The translations under genes were made by a program, and so were the position numbers. The notes under the pieces are model-generated. The model saw only the letters and a program-made list of their open reading frames with translations. It ran no database searches and was not told the origin of the DNA. Shown piece by piece: positions 30,157-42,705 of a stretch of 64,000 nucleotides of DNA; the stretch's first letter is position 1, and each line of letters starts with the position of its first letter. Location: the NCBI GenBank assembly GCA_023515725.1, contig JALDTO010000247.1:203863-267862 (forward strand), written 5' to 3'. This DNA comes from Amoeboaphelidium protococcarum X5. Lineage: Eukaryota; Fungi; Aphelidiomycota.

Positions 30157-32496
30157 TCATGGACGATCTCGTACATTTTTCGACTGTGGTGACCATTATG
30201 CTTTCTTGGCAGCAGGATTCAGAGATCTTATTGGAATGGGCGCACGCAATGTTGTATCATTAGGTACGTCAAACTTTGGACTGAACGCAGACTGAGGACT
30301 ATCCAATTCAACCTACCTGTTGTTGGCAATCACAGCAGGAGTCACGGGTGACATTGCATTCGGGGACATTGGCGACATTTTACCAGGACCATTATCATCT
30401 TTTAACTGGCGCAGCCTTTGTGAGTGAGCAGGGATTTACAGTCGTGGTGGCGGCGTCACAGCAACATCGTACACACTGGTCAGACGCTTGTGCTTAAACG
30501 GACTGGTAACTAACCTTTTCCTACCATCTTCCACAATAATGTTACGCGCTACAGGACTCGCAGGTCCAGAGCTGATATCTGCCAAGTGTGGCAATTATCG
30601 CTGAGGTATAGGACTTTCCACCTCAGACAATCTTGCCTATTCCTTATTCTGCATTGGCTTTTTGACCGCCTGCTTTTGCACTTGATCGTGCAATTGTTGA
30701 GCGGCTTATTGTAGCATAAGTTATTGTCTAGGAGACAGACTACGTCTGGGAGGTGACCGAGAATTAGGAGACTTCTTAACGACTGGCGGTTCTTCATCTT
30801 ACGTACGACCTCTATCCAAAGCTGCAGGGACTTCATCTCCTTAAACTCGCAGAGATGCCTGCCTCATATCGATGAATAGAGGGGGATTTTCCACCATCAA
30901 ATCCTCAGGCTGCAACTGCTTCTATAATGACTTTCGCTAAGAAGCGCGTCTATCCTAATTCTCAAATGGCTGAGCTGCTAATTTCTAGTTCTTCCTCTTC
31001 AGCTATTGCTGCTACCTTCTGCGTCGATTACAGAACCACACCAGAATCAAGACAACGGTAAAAGCCACTACAGATCCCACAACAGCATATATGATCGTTT
31101 GAGTGACATCCGGCTTGTTAGTGCCTCTCAAAACGGACTCAATATATCCTGGCGGAGCAAGTTTAACAAACTGTTCCCTAGCACCAGGAGAATTAGGCTC
31201 TGGGATGCTGAAAGATTTTAGCAACCTATTAGGACTACTTTATGCATTTCTCACGACATTCATCTGAGCAGCGCTAATGAGAGCATTTTTTACATCTTCC
31301 GGAGACGCGTTGGGATTTCTCTGCAAAAATAATGCTGCGACTCCAGCAGCGAAGGGAGTTGCCTGACTTGTACCATCTCTAGATAGATATTAGTTGCCTG
31401 GTGCTGTACTTACAATTCCTTATCCAGGAGCAAAGAGTGACACGCAGGATCCATAATTGGAAAATGAAGCTCTCCTGTCACTAGAGTCGGTAGCACCAAC
31501 AGTGAATACATTTGGGGTTCCAGCAGGAGTACCGTCACACCCATCTAGATTATCATTTCCAGACGCTGCAAACACTGGAATTCCAAGATTGATCACTCTA
31601 CCAATTGCTGCATCCAAAGGCTAACTACGCGGATACTGACCTTGCGCATTCTTAATTGGACCAAGACTCATGTTAATCAGAGCTGGCTTAACATAGTTCT
31701 ATGTGACATACTCAAGAGCAGCGACAATATCGGAATTGGACGCGCGATCAGCGCAGTCAAAAACTTACAGCGAAAACATATTAGCCTGCTTCGCCACTCC
31801 AGTATTCACGCCACCAATGATACCTGCAACGTGTGTACCATGTCCCGAGCAGTCTCCACCACGAGCCTAGCCTTCTTAGGTGCTAAATACTATTTTAGAT
31901 CGACCAGTAAATTCTGGGTGAACAGTATCCATTCCACTATCGATAATGTAGACATTTACACCATTTCCCGTTAGATCAAATGTATACTACCGATCAAGTG
32001 GTAACATAGCCTAATCGATCCTGTCAAGGCCCCATAAATTGCTATCGCACTACTGTACTTACGTCAGAGAGTGAGTAAAATCCTGCTCAATGTACTCGAT
32101 ATAAGGAATCCGTCGAATAATATCTAGCGGTATTTCAGCAGGAAATTGTACAGAGAATCCATTCAAAGTCTTTGTGTACCGATGTCCAACAGAGCCATCA
32201 AGCAGAAGCATTATCTCATTGATGACGTCAATAGCACTCTTTGGCGTGGAATCCTTCAACTTTATAATGTATTTATTATCTATACGTGAGCTATTAGAGG
32301 CAAGTATAAGAGGTATATTCAACACCTCTCTTGAAAGTGTACCATCACTGATCAATCGTTAGAAAGTTGAGACAATGGACGCGTTACTTCTTACCAGAGG
32401 GCCCAACATATCCACCAATTGCAGCTGTGCTCGGAATTATACAATACATGAAAGAAATAGAATACATAAATAAATACAACCATGTGATATGAGCAT
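30157..32496 (-). CDS. Subtilisin (S8A, proteinase-K-like) with I9 prodomain, single TM helix and long Pro/Ser/Gln-rich tail
   Basis: Hydrophobic leader; I9 (YIIKLK..NGFS..YIEQD); catalytic [22 protein letters not shown]; [24 protein letters not shown] followed by RRRR. Confidence 0.88.
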
Positions 32497-32878
32497 TATA
32501 TATATCTGAATGTTTACAATCTGTGTTAGGTTGGAATTTTAAACTAAAAGAATCAATCAATGAGGATCACAGAGCTTGGCTGCAAGAGATTGTTACAATC
32601 TAGAGTCAAGATCATACCAATCACAAGCTAACCGTTCTCTTGATCAAGACTTCTGATTGGCTCAGAGCTGGTATTTCTTTTAATAAGTGCTATTCCTTTG
32701 CTCTAACTATTATCCTTAAATCTTAGTCTAATTTCTGCTTGACTGTGATAATTAGGTGAAGCGGATCACCCGTTTCAACCGTTGCCAAGTCGGGAAATTC
32801 CCGTTGTTTTATCTCCTGAAATCAGATGATCATCCATCAATTCAGTAGTAATATTTGCTCTAGACCGAATATATTTAC

Positions 32879-33535
32879 ATGACTGCTGGTTCAGATAAAG
32901 ATCCTTAAGATTCAAATTCTTCACTAGGCCATCCTCCTAATGCGGTTCATGCTGTTAGACGGAAATTTAAAGATCTCACCAAAAGTATTTTGAACTCCAG
33001 GGATGACAATGTCAACACCTTTACAGCTAATGACAATAGTAAAGGAAAAGGCGATAATGGAGGAACATCAATTGGTCGAATCTAACCAGAAGAGCTAAAA
33101 AGGATCAAACAGTATGGAAAGTGGGATGAACTATGTCTTGGTGTCTGGAAATAGAACTAAATTGGTCGCAAGTATAGATTTCCTGGGCAGTGCCGAGGAG
33201 TCCAGGTGATCAGATCTAACAATACAGCCGAGATCAAAACGGGCCGTTTCAGCGACGGGAATTTTACGATTGTGCTCCCAAAGAGAAGAGTTGGAAATGC
33301 GGCGCGTTCTTCAACCGTCCCGTAATAACAAAGCACTGGGGACCGGCTCATTAGTTTTTTGGAAAGGCAAAAGGCTGTCTCCCTGAAATTGTTCAATAAC
33401 GTATGGGATTAGGATAAGCTGTATCAAGGCTTTCATAAGCTAATTGATATGTCATCAAAAGTGTTATATCTCAATCTTAAATTCATGGATGCGACTTTAA
33501 ATAGGATACTGAATATAAAACCCAAAGATGTTTGA
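32879..33535 (+). CDS. Hypothetical protein (218 aa)
   Basis: ATG-to-TGA frame free of TGA. No recognisable motif. Confidence 0.55.
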
Positions 33536-34002
33536 ATAGACTGATGGATGAATAGATTTGTTTTGCGATTTTCTGTTTTCAAAATTTGCATAATCTGAGT
33601 TTATAATGTTCACTGATAAATAGCGGCTGCTGCACAAAGGCGCGTATTTCTCGAGGTTCTTTTAATTTAAAAGTAGACGTAACTACCTCATACTGAGTTC
33701 CCTACTGCTTGCCAATGCCACTCTTAACGGTATCATTCTGTACAAGTACTTTCAGGCTCCTGATGAATTTACGGTATGATCACATTGATGGTATCGTTCT
33801 TTATTGGATCTGAATTTAATTTCATATGTAGGAGTATATCGCGTCTTTATGGAATATGAATGGTACATTACAGCAGAAGTCTGATCAATCAGATGATATA
33901 TCGCAGAAATGAGCAAGTAAATAAATTATTTAAAATTGCGCCTTTCTTACTGAGATTTTATTGTCTGTTCCTTACTACAGCACAGTACATAAGCAGAGAG
34001 GG

Positions 34003-34474
34003 ATGGGCAAGAGCAGTCAATAAAAGGGATCCAACAAAGCTGATGGGTACTTTATATTAAGTATAGACAATGAATGTTTTGATATATTTCCGTGTAGACA
34101 GTCTTTGAAGCCTGCCAATAGCATCAAGGTGCGACATATCCTTTGCGAGGTATTACAATTCAATTCGATGGCGCTTTCTACTATCAACTTTACGCGTAAT
34201 CATTCATTGATTGTAGAAACTTGGCAAGTGTATGGAGGCATTAGAACAAGTTAAAGCTGGAAAACCATTTGACAAAGTTGCAGAACAGTATTCAGAAGAT
34301 AAAGCACGAAATGGGGGCAGTCTGGGCTATATGAACAGAGGGAGTATGGTTGGTCCTTTCCAAGAGGCCGCGTTTGAACTTCAAGTGTCAACAGTCTCTA
34401 AACCAATATTCACTGACCCTCCTGTGAAGACCAAGTTTGGTTACCATATCATAATGGTTGAAGACAGAAAATGA
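34003..34474 (+). CDS. PIN4: Parvulin-type PPIase Par14/PIN4; introns 34047-34097 and 34150-34216
   Basis: [47 protein letters not shown]. Confidence 0.93.
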
Positions 34475-34539
34475 TAAATTAATGTTTAATTATTCAATAT
34501 TCAACCACCTCTTTATACTGAGTTGCTAATTTAACGCTC

Positions 34540-36339
34540 TCAATTTATTTAAAGATACTCGTCATAACGCGAAGTAAACGGCCACCAACTGTAACTAAAT
34601 AAAGAGAGATTATAGTCAAATCTCCAATCCACCCGCTAAAAAGGTCGATACGCAATATCTTTAGGCACAGAGTATCCATCAGAATTTCTACAGAATGTTC
34701 TACTGTTAGGGGTCTACACTTTACTACTGCTGTTGTTAGAACTGATGAATTGATCTTTGATCAGCTTCCAAGCATCGAGTCTAGTCTAATGCACAATCTT
34801 TCTATTCTGAATAATGTTTTTGAACAGATGCACACTTGGCCTCTCCTGTCTACCAAATCCGGCGTCTACACTCTCATTACGCAATACTTTATACAAGCCA
34901 AACTTTGGACAATAACCATCAGCCCATTCAATATTGTCACTCAGAGTCCAATGATGATATCCAACGATTGGCACACCCTCATCCAGCAACCGGCGTAACA
35001 CAAGCAGATGTTCAATGATATAAGCAGGTCGCAGAATATCCGTGTCATCGCTTATACCGTTCTCAGTTATCATGATCGGCAAGTTGCGCCCCATGGCAAC
35101 ATTGTACTCTTAATGCACGGTCTAGATAGTCTTGTAAAATCCGTACGGAGATATGGCACGTCCAGCTTCAGAGTACTCGACACCATTTCTGATTGTCAAT
35201 CCTAAGGGACCAACAAACTCTTTTCCATAATAGTTGATGCCGATGAAATCAAGCTCCGTGGCAACTAGATCCATAAAATGCCGATTCATTATAAAGTCCA
35301 TAAAATTGCGTAGAGGAGTAGATATCATCTTTGGTTAAATAGCGACATAGTAAGCCATGTTTTTTGCGATTCCAACCACAGCAGGTCGACTATCAGAAGT
35401 TGTGTGCTCCCCAACTTCGTCATCAAAATGGTGAATCAGTTCATATGCCATAGAATGCGCCTTGGCCATATTACGCATAGCTTTAACAACATTACCTTCA
35501 TACTTGCCAATTTTCCAATACGCATTCGGATCCACGCCTTTATTGATTCTACCAGGCCACATTCCGATTCCATACACAGCATTGGCAAACCATGCAGGTT
35601 CATTCAGTACAACATATCGATCAACTACGTGCTTCACATGCGGGACAACATCGTGCACAAAAGCCGCAAAGTAGTCAGGCATCTTATCACTGGTCCACCC
35701 TTTGTTAGCCAACTGATCACTCCACTTCGGGAGAGAGTGATGGAAAAATGTGAGCATAACATTGATACCTTGCTGCTTGATCTCATTAATGATTTTGACA
35801 TATCGTCGCAAAGCTTTAATATCTTGCACGCCCTCGCGGCAAGGATGCTTCTTGCTAAGCCAAGATTTATTACTGAAATCAGAGTCAGCAGAATTATGGT
35901 GGGATGACTGGGATGATGATTACTTCTCTTGGACGTAACCATACCTATTGCAATTCAAAGAGCCAGGCATATGCGGCACAACGCGACCCCAATCTATTCC
36001 AACACGGACGGAATTAACGCCAAGATCTTTCATCAAACCGATCTCCACCTCAGGCCTGGTCCAGAACTGCAGACGCTTCTCGGGATGAGGCACATTGTAG
36101 AAGTGAGGTATCTTGCTTTCATTCGCTGGACGCGTCCACTCCATCCACAGATCATCAGCTTCATCCTCAACGTGAGCAGGTGCACTGGCAATACCAAAAT
36201 CAAAGTCTTGAGGGAAAGTGGCGATTACCTTTTTACTGTAGAAGATGCTCTTGAACAGATGATCACACTTTAAGAACACCTAAACACTAATCCACACACA
36301 GAGTAGTATAATGAAAACAGATTGGAAAGACAGCGCCAT
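34540..36339 (-). CDS. Glycoside hydrolase family 1, SFR2-like (galactolipid galactosyltransferase-like)
   Basis: FGIASAPAHVED, NVPHPEKRLQFW, HHSLP, NEP, LDFIGINYYG, EYSEAGR, ITENG, EWADGYCPKFGL and C-terminal DWRF match plant SFR2 as recalled. Hydrophobic N-terminus. Confidence 0.85.
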
Positions 36340-36764
36340 TAAATATACTGTATTTTTCTAATGCGATATTATGATTACGACTATTAAATACGATAGGAAA
36401 TATAGATTCCATTCAAGGAGACTGAGAACGACGATTTGCTAATCAGCATTCGCTAAGCCTCAAATTGAAATGAAAGCACATTGTTTTCTATTTAAGTTCA
36501 ATTACAAGGAGGGGAATTTAGTTTAAGGATGTATGTCGATTGGAGTCAAGAATTTGTTGTTATTTAATATTGAATGAATATAAAGAGCGTTTCTCCAGTT
36601 AAGACTCATTAGACAAGTTGTATTCACCGCCATACAGTAGAGTTAGTTGCTTTCTCCTTAAACTTTTCTTCTGTATTCCTGCCATCTTCATTTAGATTTT
36701 CTACTGTAGAATTGTATTATTTTAAATCTAGTCTGATATAAAGTACACTAGAATATAATAGAAA

Positions 36765-37289
36765 ATGTCTTATTAGAATAGAGTTCCTCCGTATAATGAT
36801 CCTCCTGAATTTCAAGGATTGAGTTAGTAGTAGGATGATGATGATGATGTAGAAGCACAGTCGCCTTAATAACAATACAACTCTCTTAGTCAGTAGTAGT
36901 AGTAGTAGTAGTAACAATAACAGCCTATAACATCTAAATATGAGACTGCCTTACCGATTAGAATAGATATTGAAGCTGCACTGTGTTATGCTCTTGGGGT
37001 GTTCACTGGAATTCTATTTCTAGTCTTTGAATACAAGAATGCATATGTGAGATTTCATGCATATTAGTCGAGTCTGGTTTTTGTCATTATGCTGCTATTT
37101 CATCTTATATTCACTCTAGCCTCATTGAGTTTTACATGGCTATTATATCTCGTGGATGTGGGTCTCATAGTATGGTTAATGTATAAGGCTTACATCAATG
37201 GGTAGACTCTGGTTAGGTACAGATTGCCATTCTTTGGAGACTTGGCTGATCGCTGGACCGAGAGTGACTATGGAGTCACATTGGATTGA
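36765..37289 (+). CDS. Small membrane protein, DUF4870-like
   Basis: Poly-Q N-terminus; AALCY..G..TG..FL.FE.KN.YVRFHAY(TAG=Q)S; YRLPFFG. Confidence 0.78.
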
Positions 37290-37566
37290 TGAGTTCTCCT
37301 AATGATTCTACCTTTTGAAAATTCTTTGACGTAATAAAGTTTCTTCTTTCTAAAAGAATAATTATTTTATTCATTGGTACCATCTGGGATGAAATTTTAT
37401 AATTATATCTTACATACACTTTGCCCCAGTGATAACGTTTAAACCTATCACGCTTTGATGAGTTTCTCTTATTCATTTCACTCGCCGACGCGTTCTGCTT
37501 GTTGAAGTTTAACCACCCGCTGTTGCTTAATCTGTATTTAAAGAAACTCGTATCATTATATGCAAT

Positions 37567-38091
37567 ATGACTGGCATAGAGGACATTTAATTGCCTAGAG
37601 CATCGCTCATAAAACTGGTAAAGAGAAATCTACCGCCTAATGTATTCCTGAGTAAAGATGCAGCCACGGCGATTCTGAAAGCAACCACAATGTTCACGAC
37701 GTATCTCACCGTAACAGCTGCTGATGTAGATGGCAAGAAGCAGTTGACTAGTGAGGATGTATTCAAGGCTATGGACGATCTAGATATGGAGGAACTGCTG
37801 CCTAGATCCATTGAGTTGTTTAAGTCATTCCGTAAATTGTAAAAGATGAGAAGAGACTCTTGGAGGAGTAACACGCTAAGCAGAAAGATGGAGCAATAAT
37901 AGTAGAGTCAAGATATTGGTAGTGGAAGCGTCCCCGCTCAAGATGAAGATAATTTTGTGCAAGTGTCTCTTTCGCAGTAGGCAGATTATGACGATGAGGA
38001 CATGGATTAAGAGGATGACGAGGATATTGACGATGAAGTTTCTAATGATTCTGCTTCTGACAATGAAGAAGGCCAGAACGCTGGGCAATGA
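37567..38091 (+). CDS. DPB4: Histone-fold protein DPB4/POLE3 with acidic tail
   Basis: GIEDIQLPRASLIKLVK..LP..V.LSKDA..AI.KA...F..YL; DVFKAM; D/E-rich C-terminus. Confidence 0.82.
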
Positions 38092-38852
38092 ATACTATGG
38101 TCTCAATACCGTAATTGTATGCAAGTAGTTTATTGATTATATCTATTTTTCCTCCTACGACACTTGGTGGCTCATTATTTGAGCATCCTAAGAGTGTTAT
38201 TGTTTTTGTTTGGATATTACCTCAAGCTTCAATATTGTATGACCGTAGTCTCCATCTCTCTTTTAGATGATTGACTGTTGTTATGGCTGATCACTGATAA
38301 GCGACTCTTTCCATTAATGCCGCGCTTATTTGGGCCTTGACGCTCTCTGTTGCAACGAGCACTCACCTGGTAAAGCCGGGCTGAACGCATTTATTACACC
38401 ACTTAAGTTCTTAATAATAACAGAGCTCATTATTATAAAAGTATCAATAACTTCACTTCACTTCTCATCATCATCTACAGAGTCCGTAATCTCGTCATCG
38501 TTAAACCCCGACAGCATCGCATGATGCCTTCAAATGTGAACAAATTCCCACGTTAATTTCTACTTTACACGCTGCGAATATATATATGCGCGCCTCTCAT
38601 GAAGAATTATTTCTTCCACTTAACGTGTTGATAGAGTATTTTTCTTGTCATCTTTTTTTATCTGTTGTGCGACTCATATGAAACGAAAACTTCATCTGTC
38701 ACAGGTGTGAGATTAGTGACTCAAGTGTGAGCTGTTGTTGAGCATAAAAGGTTGGTTTGATGTGTAAATATTCAATTCTGGATAAGGAATTGTGATTGTG
38801 AATTAGCGTTGCAATATAATGAGTTAAAATAATAATAATACTTCTCTTTCGG

Positions 38853-39945
38853 ATGTCCCTATGGAGCCTAGCTTACACATCTTTTTGTGAAAAGTGCCAT
38901 GACAAATACGCGACAGTTCGATTGTTGTAAGATTTGACTGTCGATGACGTACTGTAATCAAGTAGAGTTGAGTGAAGCATTAACACGCGTCTCCACCTCT
39001 CTTCTCTCAGGGGCCACTTGACTTTGACAGATTTGAAGTCTGAACTATGAATTATTAGTCGTTTTACTGGAAACAGTTGTTTTCCCTTTAGCCAGTGGGC
39101 TTCTTACGATAGATATCCTTCTGATGTCCTCACAAGTCAGTTGCGTAGTGAACCCTGCGCTAACTATTCTGCTATAAAGCGCATTCGATGACTTGGTTAG
39201 ATAGATTGGCTTTTCATGGGGTATTCTCGTCACTAGAGTGTATTCTAGTCCTTTTCTGGTAGGTGCCCTGTTTGCAGATCCCACCTATGATGTCCGTGGT
39301 TAATCCGACACTATATTGAAAGGTTTATCTGGTAGTCCCTTGTTAGCGACTGAAGCCAAGAGAGCTACTGACTTTCCAGTCTCTAAATTATGGCACCATG
39401 GCTCTCGCGGGATATAAACGCTTTGCCCTTAAATCTTACTGGGTGTCCGACAATACTTAACTCGTAGAAATGCTTCAAAGTATTCGTTGAGAAAGAAAAC
39501 CGATACTGTATGCTATATTTACCTGGCCTTTAAATAGTGACAATGCCAATTAAGATGATGAGCTTTACTCTAGACATATGGTGGCGCATTCTTACACTCT
39601 CCAAGCCATGTCCTCTGTCATTATGCAAGTTATTACGATATGCGTGCTGGCTGGTGGAGAGGACGATATGATCTCTTCCTTGATGCTGGTGGCTGTGCAA
39701 ACTACTACTTTGAAGAGTATCCAGGCATCTTCGACTGGCGCATTTACGTTCGAGAAGGAGTAAGGTCGGAAGAGGAAGAGGAAGACGACGCTTCGTCGAA
39801 GAAATAGGCTCGCTCTGGTTCTCTTAGAAAGATAGTTCCCTAATACATTTCAGGATATAGAGATGATGGGTAACCTATATACACCAAGATACGCGTAATG
39901 AATGAGTCGCAGCTTGAAGAACTGGAAGAAATATTAGAAGAGTGA
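38853..39945 (+). pseudogene. Frameshifted gene for a PD-(D/E)xK-nuclease-like protein
   Basis: Coding-like blocks in shifting frames: LRSEPCAN, YDVRGQSD..LLATEAK..LWHHGSRGIQ, CPTIL..KVFVE, ITICVL, YISGYRDDGQPIYTKIRV. In-frame TGAs and at least 3 frame changes. Confidence 0.5.
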
Positions 39946-40117
39946 AGTTGTTCACTCCCGTTTGTTTATTAGGTGGCACCAACTGCAATGAGAGAACGCG
40001 TTAAATACAGATTGTTTTGTTTCAGACATGGCGCGCTAGTTCGGCTTCAAACATATTCTTTATTTTCACTGCGACAGATCATTGTGACACAACCGATAAA
40101 AATAAATCACTATACGA

Positions 40118-40786
40118 ATGGCTGAAGAACGATAGCCCGTGAGGTATACCTTTGGAATTCCTGGAATTCAAGTTGAAAACGAGAATATGGCTGCAGATGT
40201 TGAAGCAGATCAAGAGATCAATCCGGAACATGCAATTTAAGCTCGCAATGATTCGGATTTACTTACCGCCAAGCGTGCCAGGAACGAAGTTGATGATTAG
40301 ACGACAGTGCGCGCCAGAGTGAGACTGTCTCTGGTTGAACAGCAGATGGTTCCGTTATTGTTTCCTGGTATTGGTGCTTTAGCTGATGCGCCGCTGTGGG
40401 CTTAACAGATGGCAGCTGGTGTCAACCGTTTAGCAATTGATGTCAACCGTTTAGCAATTGATGTCAACCGTAATTCTGAAATGATGCGCGGGATCGAATA
40501 CATAATGCTCACTGAAAAGAACAATCGCCGTGGTGACGGCTCTCTGCAGCCATACGTTGAAATACCACGTTACATTAATGGAATTCGTGTCGTTCCCTCC
40601 ACCCGTCGCTTAATCAGAGAGGAACTTCCAAATTTAATTCCTTTGAATACTCTGGCTGCCGTCAATGCACTGACAAGATAATAATTAGACCTGTATTTTG
40701 AGTTTTATGGTATAGTGGCACCAGACTTGTTACAGGACAAAAAACAGGTTCTTCTAAACCACATCGGAAGTTCTGTTACACTTTGA
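40118..40786 (+). CDS. Mug135-like C-terminal-domain protein
   Basis: APLWA, coiled segment, NNRRGDGSLQPYVEIP...LP.L.....VNALT..QLDLYFEFYGI.....LLNHIG. Confidence 0.65.
40420..40471 (+). repeat. In-frame 21-bp tandem repeat (VNRLAID x2.4)
   Basis: TGTCAACCGTTTAGCAATTGA twice, followed by TGTCAACCGT. Confidence 0.9.
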
Positions 40787-40959
40787 GTTGAATGAACTAT
40801 GATTGCATTAAGAATATACTAAAATATTGTTGCAATGATCTATTCTTCCCTTGAAAATTTCAGATAATTGATTCCAATAAATTAATCTTTTGTTCAAAAA
40901 GTCGGTCGGTTGTCGCCCTCTTTCAGCAAAAGTGTGTTTGTACTGTATGTCAACGTCAC

Positions 40960-42705
40960 ATGGATATACAAAGTGAGGCTAATATAGACGAGGTGCTCCA
41001 AGTAGAAGATGTGCCTATGGTTCATCCCTACCCCAAGACGCAGAGAGATTATTATGTGCGTCCAACTTATAGGTTGACATTCGCGAAAATATGTCATTTG
41101 TTATATGAATCTGCGGAAAATATTGATTATATATCGATATCAGGCACTCCTGGAATTGGCAAGTCGGTATTCTACATGTATGCCTTTCGCAAAATGCGCG
41201 ATAAATATCCTGATACTACCATAATCATGGCGTCATTCGCAGCTGGCGATCTGGAGGAAGCGTCACTGTTCTCTCCTCATACGACAGAGCCGCAGTCGTT
41301 GGACTTGAAGCAGCTTGAACAGGCAGATCGTGATCATCCTGGTGCCTTACATTTGTATGACGGCGCTCCTAGAAAAATACCCAAAAAGAACAACGCTAAA
41401 ATGATTGTATTCACGAGTCCGAATGAAAAGTGGTTTAACATTGTCCGGAAGTATTAAAACCATTGCAAATTGTATATGGACGTCTGGAGTTTGAATGAGC
41501 TGAACAATGCCGACCGTTTTTTGAAGCTGTAAATTGGATAAGCGGAATTGCAGGAACGGTTCAATACCGTTGGAGGTGTCGCGCGACACTGCTTGACTAC
41601 AGATCGAGTATTCCGAAATGCTATTAAGCATATCGATGATGCTATTGGTAAGTTAACTTCGATTCGCGAACTCTGCATGTGCATAACTGGTGTTTCTGTG
41701 CACACTATTGTTTCGCATAGATTATTGCATTTTCGTCCTATAGCTGGCGATTAGTCGGATTATGAAGTGGAATTTGGGTCCAGCCGCATTAAAGGGAAAC
41801 TCGCCTCAAGGTTTCGTGACGTTGTGCGGACAGAACGCGGCGGATTAATCAATACCCTAGAATTCGTGCCCAAAGGATCACCAATGCGTGGGTGGTTGTT
41901 TGAAAGCTGTGTTCATGATTAATTGTCTGTCGGTGGTGAATTTGAGTTGAAACCACTTTCGGGCCCGGTCTTGCCAAAAACGATAGTAATAAATCCTAAT
42001 GTGGATTAGTTGATTTTAGAGTTCAATTACTGGTTTGATGACGGCACGTACTTTATACCGTCGAAAGACAATAATGAATCGATTGATTCTTGGTACCTGT
42101 CGTCCACGAAAAAGCAACTGATTCTATTCTAAGCCACCGTTTCAACTCACCATTCGATCAAGGCACGTGGAGTTTGGTTTTTACTCAAAGGAAAGTTGGA
42201 TATGTTAGACTTATTTATGCAGGGCATCTTGGAGGTCATTTTAGTATTCATCGTACCAAAAGGACTGGCGAATTCTTTTATAGAGCAAGAAATTACGATG
42301 GAGCCTGTTTCGATATTAGCTTATTTGAAGTCCCTGTCACTGACAGACATTGCTGGTATTGGGAAAAAGAAAGCTGATAGACTAAAAGAAAGTGGGGTGT
42401 TGACTGGTGAACAGTTGTAAAATATTGTGGACAAGAATTCCGATAATGAGTGGATCGAATCCGTCAAGAAATATAGCGTGGAATCTCATGAGCTTGGACC
42501 AGTTCTAGAAAAAATATGCCACATTGATCAGTTTGTCTTGGGATTGGACACGAAATAAAACTTTATTTACTCAAAGCTTTCGTGTTTGACTCATCATCGT
42601 TATGGTTTATGGTTATACTTTATCCTTTAGGCGTTTCACCATTACATGCTTCACCTTAATCCTTAATTAAAGCATTCAGCTTAACAAAATAGTAGTAGAG
42701 TTTGA
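40960..42705 (+). CDS. Crinkler/RHS-type P-loop NTPase plus restriction-endonuclease-fold protein with inserted helix-hairpin-helix
   Basis: YYVR..Y, ISGTPGIGKSVFY, VFTSPN, MDVWSLNEL, VGGVARHCL, SHRLLH, GWLFE, NNESIDSW, LF(TAA=Q)ATV; HhH IAGIGKKKADRL. First in-frame TGA is at 42703, but the homology appears to end near 42555. Confidence 0.75.

Noticed and set aside
33760-33815. Possible box C/D snoRNA (TGATGA...CTGA); similar TGATGA motifs at 48740-48905
   Set aside because: Too short or lacking a D box and terminal stem, with no recognisable rRNA guide.
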